Source: Styela clava
Lineage: Eukaryota
DNA: 64,000 nt
Direction of reading: 5' to 3'
Assembly: GCF_964204865.1 (NCBI RefSeq)
Contig: NC_135257.1
Coordinates: 5,518,001 to 5,582,000, forward strand
Made by a program: the position numbers and the translations under genes. Position 1 is the first letter of the stretch; the number at the start of each line of letters is the position of its first letter. Below are positions 13,835-25,100 of the stretch, piece after piece. The notes under the pieces were generated by a model that made no database searches, was not told where the DNA came from, and saw only the letters and a list, made by a program, of their open reading frames with translations.

Positions 13835-14809
13835 TGTTTTAAGCCTAGATTTCAACAAAAAAAACGTTATTTGATATTTTTTCTGAATTCAAGTAACTCG
13901 TTTCTTCTTTGTGCGTGGGAAGCGGGGAAATAAAGCTGTTATTCCCATTGTACCCGAAATGTACGAATTTTTCAATGTTAATAGGACATTTCATTACAGT
14001 ATTAGGTGCTTATAAAAGTTGAATCACATATTAATAGCTGAATTTCGCTATATAATGTCAAACCCAATATGGCTTTTATGGTCCACAATAAGTGATAATA
14101 CGCTTTTTACAGCATTATATGGCAACTGATGAAAGTTTTCATCTTTCTAATTAAACTTCAATTTATTAAAATAAAAACTAGGGCTAAAACAACATGGCAT
14201 GTTTTTTAATTAGTTGCTTCTCAATATCGAATCCTACACAACATTTATCTGATGTACAAAGCGTTGATAAATCAATACGAAGGTAAAACAAACGTTTTTT
14301 GACTTTGTATTCATTTCTCTATTTGCATATCTAATTTTTCGTTGCCACCAGACAGACTTCAAAAATCAAGCGAAAAATACTTCATAAGACAATAGTTAAC
14401 TTGCAAATAAAGTCTCAAAATATTTTTTCATATATTTCTGAGTATGCTGTCTTGATTTTGATTGGTTCGAAACTTGAATAGGTTAAGGAAACGATGGTTT
14501 ATTAAATACCGATAGCAATTAAGAGGCATCTTTTTCATACTAATACCGTCATATTTGAAAATGAAACTTATAATCGCAAGTAATTAAGTGTGTTGCATCA
14601 TTTCAACCAATATTCTCTGAAAATGATTACATGATTCCTTTGTTTATGCTGGAGATGAACGACGTTGTTATTTTGATGATCTTTACCTGTATATATATAA
14701 TTCAATAGACGGCTCACTCATAGGTGACAAAACCTATGTAATAATATGTTTGCAGATGAACACTCATATGCAAGAAGCTAAAAGAAACTTACAAATTATT
14801 TGTCGAAGC

Positions 14810-15200
14810 GCCATTAAGTACCCTTTTGCCTAATGCTGATTTATAGAAAGTTAGCTGTGGCCCATATAGTAAGCGTGCCTGTAACCGCTCCCCACAGCAG
14901 TAAATCTGATAAAATGTCATTTTAGATTTGAAATTAAGAACTACTTCATCAAATTACCTCTATGCTATTTTTGTGAGGTTACGAGAGTATCTTGATCAAA
15001 CCCAGATTTGGAATTTGTTCTGTTATCTCAATATCCTCTCAGAACTCAGAAGAGTATTTGAAGTCGCTATCATTTTGGCACGTGGAATGGAATGCTGGTT
15101 ATATGTCTTCAATGACGTCAAGCGAGCTTTGCAGATTATCGGTTGTTGAGAAAAGACCGTGTATTGGCGCCGTTGTTGTCAGCAAAGCAGTAGCAGTTTC
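14810..15200 (-). promoter_or_regulatory. Candidate promoter and non-coding first exon module of the lectin genes
   Basis: The block recurs upstream of the lectin copies (27620-28030, 29125-29470, degenerate ~37390-37690). It contains TGACGTCA (15113-15120; 27922-27929), a TATA-like CATATAA on the minus strand and a conserved GAG|GTAATT donor-like site (14957). Each copy has a TAG acceptor 10 nt before the ATG. Confidence 0.4.
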
Positions 15201-17538
15201 TTTGAAGGTTGTCGTGATAAACAACCGAAATAATTCCAAACCTGATTATTATCATTTTCTGATGATGTCTGGGCTTGGTATTTTCGGAATGTTTAAACCG
15301 TTGATGTTTGGAAACGGAATTCGAACTTCACGTGATAATTGTTGTGTAAAGTTTTAAATATTATTTATCAAATGACAAACCAATCCCAATGAAGTTTTCG
15401 GATTTATTATTTTTGCACACGACGCTCACTTGAGCCTTTCGATCCGTACAAGGCGATATGTGCGAGATACGTTATTTACAGGGGGCGGCATTGTGTCACG
15501 GATGACTCTCCGATTTTTGACCCTAGACAAATTTTCGCTATAGAAAAATATGAAAACTTATTTCTGGATTATTTTCGCTGGTTGACGATTAAGACTGATG
15601 GTATAAGAATTATAAATAAAACTAGCTTTAAAGTTGGATACGTGAAATATATTTTAATCCCGTTTTCTAAAAGGTACGTAAAACATATGGATTTCAGTAT
15701 TTGAAATGATCAGGAATGGGGAACCAGGACACCTTTGTAGGAAGGGAGCAATAGATTCATCGGCAAGTATACTACAGTTTTGTCAGAAACAGAATATAAA
15801 ATATAATTAAGTACATTCCCCGGGAATAAATGCAAGATCGGATTTCAAATGTAAATATCTGTTTTTAAAAATATTAAAACGAAAATACGTGATATGGCAA
15901 ACGTTAAATGACATAGAGTGACATGACATCCTGATTAAATTTAAATAATTCCGAGCTAATACTAAATTTGACTTTCAGCATAGTTTGCCATTTTGATTAA
16001 TCTTTATCGTTAACTTTTGGGATGTGATGCATTGAAAATTCATGCCTCATACATTTTAGCTCAAAAGCTGAATTGGCACAGCCGATTGAACGATGCTCAT
16101 CATAAAACATGAACATAATAAAAATACGTTGGTGCATGTTTGTATGTATGCATTGTTTTAGGCGTGTATTTCAATATTAAAATTAGGAATTATTTTCCCG
16201 GTTGAAAGAATACATTATTATTCACATTGTTTCGTGAATATACATTTCTAAATAATCTGCAACATAGTAAATACAAATTAGATGTAAAAGCGACTATTTT
16301 TTCTTATTTGATTATTTCTCCATGCTTCAGTTTACTAAAAGAAGCACGACTTTTTACTCTCATGTATTTTTTCCGGTACATTTATAGACTTGGAACTTAA
16401 AAATTTATGTGCAGTGGCATCACGCCCATGTAATCATTTCCAGAGAATATTTGTTGAAATAATGCAACACACTTGATTACTTCCGATTATAAGTTTCATT
16501 TGCAAATATCACGCTCTCAGTATGAAAAAGATTCCTATTCATTGCCATGGCCCATTGGTATCTGATAAACTATCGTTTCATCGTTTCAGAAAAGAATAAA
16601 ATAAACTTGAGAGCAAGTTAACTGTGATATTATCAAGTATTTTTCGCTTGATTTTTGCAGTCTGGCTGGTGGGAACGTAACGGTTTCTTTTAGCTTTTAG
16701 GCTGGGGCCAAACCAATGAATATGAATATTTAAAAGGTAATTTAGCACAATTTCCGTTACGTCAGAATTATATTATGGACTACAAGCTAAGTTAAACGCG
16801 ACTGAAAAATACGCTGCGTCCACACCAGCTATCAGCGCCTTTCCCCATTAAAAAACCTAATCAAGAAGAGAATGAAGAACTAGATTTTTGTTGTTCTCTG
16901 TCTTACACGTGCGTATTCGAATCACATTGCCAGAATTCAATTCATTTCCGTGAGAAATCTTGCAATAATTGTTCAGCTGTCTCCAATAGAGTGCAGATTT
17001 TTACTGAAATTGCAAATTTTCTGAACAATTGAATATTGCAGTTTCTTTATCCATCCATAAATTGTTGCTATTAATTTTCTAACATAACATTCATTTGATT
17101 ATAAATTTAATATTATACATATTTCGAAATAATAGCAGTAAAGATATGTATACTATACATATTAGTTGTAGGAGTTTTAATTAACTTAATCGCGTGTATA
17201 GAATAATTCAAAAGTATGATACGAAATATGTATATAGCAACTAACCCCCAAATATACCCCATTTCATGTTGAAATCATTAAAACAAAGTTAATTTTTCCC
17301 AAAATTCGAACAAAGACTTTCGTAGGAATCAAATTACACCAGTTTTAAGAACACAACATGTTCCACCCATTCATTATCAAATTAAAATTTATATTCTCAA
17401 GACCTTTGGCACTGATGGAAATCATTATCTCTAAGTTCCCATCCGTACCATGTACATACTTACCATTATTGAGATAATAGAAGTTTCTGTTTATAACATG
17501 AATCACGAGCTCACGTTTACAGTATTTAATTAGACGTA

Positions 17539-18011
17539 TACGTTTGTCGTATACTTTGCCACTGTATGCAGTGCATCGTGCTCTGCCTTGTATCCAATCA
17601 TTGTAGACCCATTATTACCCTTTGTTTGTAGCGTAAATTAGTATTATTATCTATTGTCTGGTTTAGCGTTTTTCTTTCGGTCATTGGCATCACGTATTCG
17701 TCGTGTAAAGAGTCGCAGATATTTGTCTGTATTGTGGACTGTTCATTTATCTGTTATATATTGTAATTGTATTAGCCTCCCGGATCGGAAAACGTTTGGT
17801 GAGAAATTTGCCTTTTGTTGTTGTTATATGTTTTGACTTATGTTAATCAATTTTGTTTTATTTAAGAAAACCGCTGTTCTTTGCCAAGAATATAAAGAAG
17901 TGATTCATGCAGGTGTCTTGTTTGTGGACAAAGGGGCTGAGAGTGGCGCGTTCGATACGTTTTCATTGTGTCTCGTCGATATAGATTCCGGGCTATCAAA
18001 AAGACGTGACA
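17539..18011 (+). repeat. 5' LTR (first ~16 nt missing)
   Basis: Matches 21260-21732 with about 5 substitutions counted by eye; ends ACGTGACA. Confidence 0.93.
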
Positions 18012-18156
18012 TAAAAGTTTTCAAACGGGCTTCAAAATTCAAACGATTTCAAGTCTCCAAATATAATTTGTGAAGTTTTCAATGATATTAACGTTAATAC
18101 CAAAATTCTCAAGTTTTCAACCAAAGGGTTTCAAACATTAATTCGGGTTCTCAATA

Positions 18157-20607
18157 ATGGCAACCGGTGGTAGGTCGGATGACCAACATCAGGCAATGAT
18201 TAGCAATGCTCCTGGCAGTTTTAATGAATTTAAAACTCATCTAGATGTTTGCAGGAGTTCCAGTGACGTTAGCGACGTGAGTTCTTCAGCGTCATCGACT
18301 TTCTCCGTCCGGAATGCAAGAGTGAAGTTGGAGCTGGCACGCCTAAAGGCCCGTCAAGAAGAAGAACTCTCAGCTTTAGAAGACGACGTGCGTAAGCTTC
18401 GGACAAGACACGCTTTACAGGCTGCTGAAACAGAATCAAAGGTTTGGGAAATGAGCGATGACGAATTTTTGCGGTGGGTAACAGTAGATAGAATTAGGCA
18501 CGACAATAGCGTGAAATCCCGTGATTTCCCACCTAAATCACCGCTCATTGATAACGGTCGTGAAAATACTCCACGGCGTTTGCCGACTTTGCCTACACAC
18601 ACAGCTGATAGTAGCTCAGCTTATCCTGTGCCTCCACGTTTGAACCATGCTTTACATCGCAGAACTGTCGATCTACCCAAACCAGAAATTGCAAAATTTT
18701 CAGGTGATCCAATGGAATATTATTCCTTTATCCGCAACTTTAAGGCCCATGTTACAGATCTTGTAGATGATGATAACGTACGTCTGAGTTATTTGTTACA
18801 GCTGTGCCAGGGCGAAGCAAAAAATGCCATTGATCATTGCTCAATGATGGAACCGAGTCGCGGATATCGCGAAGCTATGAGAGAGCTGAAGAATGAATAT
18901 GGTAAAGATCATGTCATTTCCCGCACCTGTTTGGACAGGTTGAAGCGTGGTCCGAAGTTGAACTTTGACGACGCGAAAGGTATGCAAGCGTATGCGCGAC
19001 TGATGCGGAAATGTGGCTTAGTTCTTGGAGAAATCAGTGAGTACGACAATCTTAATAATTTTGACAATTTGCTGGCCATTGTTAAACGATTGCCACCAGA
19101 GTCGCAAAACGCTTGGGATTTCAAAGTGGCAACAATTTTAGAAACTGAGGATCGTGAAGCTAGTTACAACGACCTCTCTAAATTTGTCACCGAGCAAGCT
19201 AATGTTTCAAGATCAGACTTTCGTTTTGCCCGAAGAGATAGAAGGCAATCAAATTATTATGAAAATTCTAAGGCGAAAGGTAGTGCTTTTGCTATTTCTG
19301 CTAGTGGTTCAAATTGGCACTGCCCGTGTTGTAATTTCTCTCACGAATTATTCAACTGTAAGAAATTTAAAGTTCTTTCATGGTACGAACGATATAACGT
19401 GGCTAGACGGAATCAGTTGTGCTTCAAATGCTTAAGACGAGGGCATATGTTTAGACAGTGCACCCAGAATGAAAGTTGCCCCATTCACGATTGTAAGTAT
19501 CCGTTCCATCATGTTTTGTTGCATCGCGATTTCGAGACACCTACACGGCGAGATGGTATTAGTAAACAGACTTGTTCCGTCGGTACCTCGATGAACCATG
19601 CGGATCACGACGTTCACGCTAATAAATTGGCGCCCGCAAAGCAACAAGGGAACACCGGTGTTTACATGAATATCGTCCCGGTGACAGTAACTGCTGGCAA
19701 CAGGGCTTTTGATACATACGCTCTTTTGGACTGTGCTTCTACAACCACCATGTGTAGTGTGAAATTGATGAACAAATTAAATCTAACCGGGGTGCCTATA
19801 GATGTTACATTGCAAACTGTTGGTAATCGTCCCAAATGTGTTAAAGCAAAAAAGTTGTCCCCTCTACTCGTTAAAGAAATTGACGGACATGACGATTGCA
19901 TTGAATTGCCCAATGTATTGTGCGTCAGTAACTTGCCCATAAAGCCCAATAAGCTACCCTCGCGCAGTTCCTTGCGTAAGCTATCCTATTTGTCTGATAT
20001 CGACTTTCCTCGAATACACGACGGTGAAGTGACTTTGCTGATAGGAGCGGATGTTCCCGAAGTGTTTGTGTGGGAGGAATTTAGAAAGGGTCGGAGTCAA
20101 CAGCCGCTTGCGGTGAAAACCCCTCTGGGTTGGTCTCTTATGGGTCCGTCTCTGACCGTCTATGAAAACACTTCCATTAATTTCGTTGATACAAATCCTT
20201 TGGCGTCGCAGATTGAGCGACTTTGGCGTACGGATTTTGTTGACGTCCCCAGTATTTGTGACACTAAAACTTCCCGCGAAGATAGAATAGCGCGTAGTTG
20301 CATGGAAGACAAACTCAAATTTGTTGATGGACATTACGAACTACCTTTATTGTGGAAAATCAATCATCGCGAGTTACCATGTAATCAGAAAGTGGCGGAG
20401 AATCGCCTTCGTCAGTTAAAGCGACGTCTTTTAAAATATGACACATTGCACCAAAAATATATTCAGACATTGAATGATTATGTTGATAAAGGATACGCTC
20501 GTATAGCTGACAGTCCTAGGTCGCCGAACATCTATCCAACAAAATGGTTATTGCCACATCATCCTGTGATAAACCCAAAGAGCCAGACGACTTCATTGAC
20601 GCATTGA
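18157..20607 (+). CDS. BEL/Pao Gag-protease polyprotein, truncated at the start of RT
   Basis: LPKPEIAKFSGDPMEY (DUF1759-type gag), three Cys/His knuckles (CPCC..SH...C; CFKC...GH....C; C....CKYPFHH.LLH), aspartic protease TYALLDCAS, LLIGAD, TPLGW, YELPLLWK and WLLPHHPVINPK. Confidence 0.93.
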   Translation: MATGGRSDDQHQAMISNAPGSFNEFKTHLDVCRSSSDVSDVSSSASSTFSVRNARVKLELARLKARQEEELSALEDDVRKLRTRHALQAAETESKVWEMSDDEFLRWVTVDRIRHDNSVKSRDFPPKSPLIDNGRENTPRRLPTLPTHTADSSSAYPVPPRLNHALHRRTVDLPKPEIAKFSGDPMEYYSFIRNFKAHVTDLVDDDNVRLSYLLQLCQGEAKNAIDHCSMMEPSRGYREAMRELKNEYGKDHVISRTCLDRLKRGPKLNFDDAKGMQAYARLMRKCGLVLGEISEYDNLNNFDNLLAIVKRLPPESQNAWDFKVATILETEDREASYNDLSKFVTEQANVSRSDFRFARRDRRQSNYYENSKAKGSAFAISASGSNWHCPCCNFSHELFNCKKFKVLSWYERYNVARRNQLCFKCLRRGHMFRQCTQNESCPIHDCKYPFHHVLLHRDFETPTRRDGISKQTCSVGTSMNHADHDVHANKLAPAKQQGNTGVYMNIVPVTVTAGNRAFDTYALLDCASTTTMCSVKLMNKLNLTGVPIDVTLQTVGNRPKCVKAKKLSPLLVKEIDGHDDCIELPNVLCVSNLPIKPNKLPSRSSLRKLSYLSDIDFPRIHDGEVTLLIGADVPEVFVWEEFRKGRSQQPLAVKTPLGWSLMGPSLTVYENTSINFVDTNPLASQIERLWRTDFVDVPSICDTKTSREDRIARSCMEDKLKFVDGHYELPLLWKINHRELPCNQKVAENRLRQLKRRLLKYDTLHQKYIQTLNDYVDKGYARIADSPRSPNIYPTKWLLPHHPVINPKSQTTSLTH

Positions 20608-21165
20608 GACGCTTTACTGGACGGACGCAGAGGTCGTCCTGTTCACATATATTGCGACAATGGAAGCAATTTTGTAGGTGCTTGTCGCGAATTGAAAGAA
20701 TCAATTAGCAAATGGAACGAGCAAAGTATTGCAAACTATCTGCGTCAACGTGACGTAGAATTTAACTTTAATCCTCCATACGCCAGTCATATGGGTGGCG
20801 TTTTTGAAAGAATGATTAAATCAACTAAACGAATTCTATCTGTATTGTTGACAGGTCAATCGATTACTCATGAGAAGTTGGAGCCACTGCTAGTTGATGA
20901 ATTCTGGCGTAGATGGATAAAAGAGTACCTGCCAACAATAACACAAAGGTCAAAATGGACGAAAGGACGTGATAACTTCAAAGTCGACGATATGGTTCTG
21001 CTAGTTGATGAATCGATTCCTCGCGGTCGATGGACTGTTGGAAGGGTTATAAATACCTTCCCAGACAAACATGGACTCGTCCGCTCAGTGTTGGTGAGAA
21101 CCGGCACAAATGTTGTCAGACGACCCATTACTAAACTATGTCGATTTCTAGAAGACCAAAAATAA
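20585..21165 (+). pseudogene. BEL integrase remnant (core DNG region and DUF5641-like C-terminus)
   Basis: DDFIDALRRF / RGRPVHIYCDNGSNFVGA (frameshift at a GGAC duplication), FNPPYASHMGGVFERMIKS, FWRRWIKEYLP..QRSKW and RRPITKLC. The usual NSRPL...LTPNH segment is absent. Confidence 0.9.
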
Positions 21166-21243
21166 TGGATCAAATTATTGTTTCATTTACAACGTTTAAT
21201 TTTTTGGAATATATTCCCTGGGTCATATATTCGGGTGGGGGTA

Positions 21244-21732
21244 TGTTACGTTGTAAACGTACGTTTGTCGTATACTTTGCCACTGTATGCAGTGCATCGT
21301 GCTCTGCCTTGTATCCAATCATTGTAGACCCATTATTACCCTTTGTTTGTAGCGTAAATTAGTATTATTATCTATTGTCTGGTTTAGCTTTTTTCTTTCG
21401 GTCATTGGCATCACGTATTCGTCGTGTAAAGAGTCGCAGATATTTGTCTGTATTGTGGACTGTTCATTTATCTGTTATATATTGTAATTGTATTAGCCTC
21501 CCGGATCGGAAAACGTTTGGTGAGAAATTTGCCTTTTGTTGTTGTTATATGTTTTGACTTATGTTAATCAATTTTGTTTTATTTAAGAAAACCGCTGTTC
21601 ATTGCCAAGAATATAAAGAAGTGATTTATGCAGGTGTCTTGTTTGTGGACAAAGGGGCTGAGAGTGGCGCGTTCGATACATTTTCATTGTGTCTCGTCGA
21701 TGTAGATTCCGGGCTATCAAAAAGACGTGACA
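21244..21732 (+). repeat. 3' LTR (489 bp)
   Basis: TGTTACGT...ACGTGACA inverted termini, preceded by the polypurine tract. Confidence 0.95.
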
Positions 21733-22103
21733 GTATGATCGACGTATAAATACGACTCCGATATCTTTCGATAGGGACGATGTAAAACCATTCTAAGCTA
21801 GTCTGAATAAATGTTATAAGATTTATACTCTGTGTATCGTAGAAATCTGAGAATAAAATCAAACAGAGTTTTCTAAAGTTTCCTCATTCACGTGGGCGTT
21901 GAAGCTGAAGGGTGAACGGGTGACTTGCAAGTTCTGAGACTGTTTACGAAATAGCAATATACGGTAACATCACATTCATTTACCAATTATATATTATATT
22001 TGCTATATGTATACGTGTACTTGTTAGATCTATCAAAAATTAGTTGGCCTACTGGGTGGTAAACGTATATACACCCGACAGTTTACGGCAAGCAGTCACT
22101 TTA

Positions 22104-25100
22104 TTATTTTTGACATAGAACATCGTGTTCTTCCGATGCAGGTTGCCTATTGAACATTGCTTGGTTTCCAAGAGAAGATTTTTTATAAACTTGGAGCTGG
22201 ATTTTAGTATATGTACTTTTCAGTGATGGCCATTGTATGAATGGAGCAACAGATCCGTCTGCAAGCGTCACCGTTTGAGTCTGAAGCAAATAAATACCAA
22301 TATAATAAATCAATATTTAGGATTTCGATGAATATACAGTAGACTCACGGAATAGAGACTATACCTAAACGAAAAGCTGTAGATGCGACAAATCCAAGTT
22401 ACAAAATTTTTTCTAGTAAAAATATTGCTTAGACTAACGTAAGATTTTTTACATACAAAAGGCCGAAAACCTAAAAAACGCGTGTAGTGATAATTGTTTA
22501 TTTTAGGTTAATTAAATGCAGGGATGTTCGATTCAAATTAATATTCGAATATCGCGACCTCCGAATATCGTTTTTTAGTGTTTATAAGAATACTTGATAT
22601 GGTGCATATATATCCTAGCGCCGCCGTCCACGATTTGATACAATTAAAAACATTTCACAATTATATCATTTTTATTACCATCGAAAGCAGTCGTGTGCGA
22701 CGCTGCAATAAATTACAGTCGGCATTGAATAATTTTCAATATGCGCCGACTTGAAGTGTTTATAAGACGTCGAGGAAGTTTTTCATTGAAAATATTTTAC
22801 AATTATTATCGTAAATATTAATTTAGTCGAGATAGTTTGTGCAACCTCGGCGATAAATTTCAAAGCAAATTGTGTCGTAATTAATTGCTTACCCTCGATA
22901 GTAATAGAACATAACACGATTTTTTTTTCATTTCTTGCAATTTAGAGGGTATAAAATAGCTTCTATATACTATTTAGTATTTATCGCGGGTTTTATCAAT
23001 ATTACAACGTCATTGATGACTATGCCATGTAGTTTAAGTTGACAAAAATAATTATATCAGCCCACATGAAAGATTTAAATCAGCGCCGATTCAAAAAATA
23101 AATCACGTTTTTTGGTATTATTTCTCCATCATTTGCGTACAAGGAAATTCGGGAATCGGGTTCACTCATTTGATTATGACGATGTTACCCAAATGTACAT
23201 AAACATACCATTCTTAGTTTTTTTCGTTATTTTTCTGTACTTTTAATGTGTACCTTTTCTATTTATTATGCAGTAATCTAATTCTAACATGTATTTGTTA
23301 GGGGTTTTGACTGTTATTACTAATTATACAAATTTCATGTAGTTTTGTGTGGGCTTGGAACGAATTAAGGTTTTGGGGATATTACGGCCCGCGGGTTGGA
23401 TTGGCCCACCGGAGTATTTCATTCAACTCACCTGTGCCTGCTAAAATTATGAGTATAGTTTTTATAGATATATATTTCTGTTGAAAATATTAATGAAAAT
23501 TAATTTGACATGGATTTGTAGTTCATTGGCAGGATGCTATATTTTTATATGCAGTACATAAATTGATTTTAAATTGATATTGATTTTGAAATTTAGCATA
23601 TTTTGTCAATTTGGACGATTTTTGTTCCCTAACTTTCAGATATCCGGCTATTTTTCAAATTTACTTGCAAAAAACTTACTTCTCAGTGTTGTGTTGTTGC
23701 CACAAGCAGTATATAAAAAAACGGTTAAACGGTAAGTTCTTATTTAGATCTACTAAGCCTGAAAACTAAAGTTATAAAGTGGCTTATTTATTATAGATTT
23801 ACTGAGAAACACGAGCATCGGACCTTAAATATTTATTAAAGTTCAAAAGCTCAGCTGGTATAGCTGATTGAACAGCTGTTTGCTTTATCATTGAATGAGT
23901 GATTTATTTCTTCAAGTCGCTTGGCTCAATATCTGAAATCTGCACACACATTAAATTGGCGTGGATTCGAAATTCAGTTATTTAAAACAGATTGATGCAA
24001 ATTAGATTAGAATCAGTATTACTATTAAATAAATCCCCGTTTTCTAAAAATACCAGAACTCTCCAATAAGTGTCTTAAACTTAAAATAAAATACTTAGGA
24101 TAATGGCATGTGGAACGATCTCGTCCAATATTCATCGAGACTTTTAGTTTAACGATCACTAAATGCACATACTTCGTCCGCCCGACAAGATAAACTTACT
24201 GTGGGGTTTATGGTCATTCCAAGCCAGACGTGTACCCAGCTTTGCGACGAAGGAACTAGCGATCGAACGTACGTATTGATTTGTTCAAAATGTTGTGAGT
24301 CCTGTATGGTGGCCCATCGTTGTCACGCGTAAAATTGAAAATAAAAATAAAAAATAAAATAAAAAACCGATAATAAAAAAAATTTTGTGAAAAAACATAA
24401 NNNNNNNNNNNNNNNNNNNNNNNNNNNNNNNNNNNNNNNNNNNNNNNNNNNNNNNNNNNNNNNNNNNNNNNNNNNNNNNNNNNNNNNNNNNNNNNNNNNN
24501 NNNNNNNNNNNNNNNNNNNNNNNNNNNNNNNNNNNNNNNNAAGGTTGACAACGATGGTCCGCCTCGTGGCCCATCGTTGTCACGCGTTTTTATTTTTAGA
24601 AAATTTGCTTCTGCTTGGGACCAACGTTGTCAGGCATAATCCTACGCGCACAAATGTGTTCCCTGGGTTTCAAACTCACTACTGATTTTCTTGAGCAATA
24701 TTCAATATGAAAATGTTCTATAAATTCTCCATGCTACAAGTTCAACAAGAAGTAATATATTTATAATAATGATAAGAGAATATAGAATTGAATACGAAAA
24801 TTCGGAAAATTTGTTTTTACGTGTATAAGGTAATTTGGAGAATGCTGCTTAACTACTCAGTTGTCTGGACACTCGCGATGCCGGTACCGTACCGTCTTAC
24901 CAAATACCGGTAGTCGGTTATAGTCGCTTTGCGTCTGACCGTACCGGTAGCCATACATTCACTCATCATCTCCCATTCTTTCACGAGTGATTGCATGGGT
25001 ACCGGTACGGTCAGACGATACCGTACCGGCATCGCACGAGTGTCTGAGCAGTTAAGCAGCATTTTCCAATTAAATTACCTTCTACACGTAAAAACAAATT

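Larger units (their letters stand above)
17539..21732 (+). mobile_element. BEL/Pao LTR retrotransposon, internally deleted (non-autonomous)
   Basis: Two near-identical LTRs, gag-protease ORF, integrase remnants, and a purine-rich tract GGGTGGGGG immediately before the 3' LTR. Confidence 0.95.
17235..22005. mobile_element. Older ~0.58-kb element that hosts the BEL insertion
   Basis: Termini TAGCAA/TTGCTA flanked by TATGTATA on both sides (17227-17234, 22006-22013). The paralogous site near 33408 has a single GATGTATA and no insert. Confidence 0.6.

Noticed and set aside
17654-18073. Duplicated short ORFs (also at 21375-21749)
   Set aside because: They are identical or nearly so only because they lie in the two LTRs; they have no protein features.
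18354-21173. Minus-strand and alternate-frame ORFs inside the BEL element
   Set aside because: Shadows of the gag-pol frame with no motifs.
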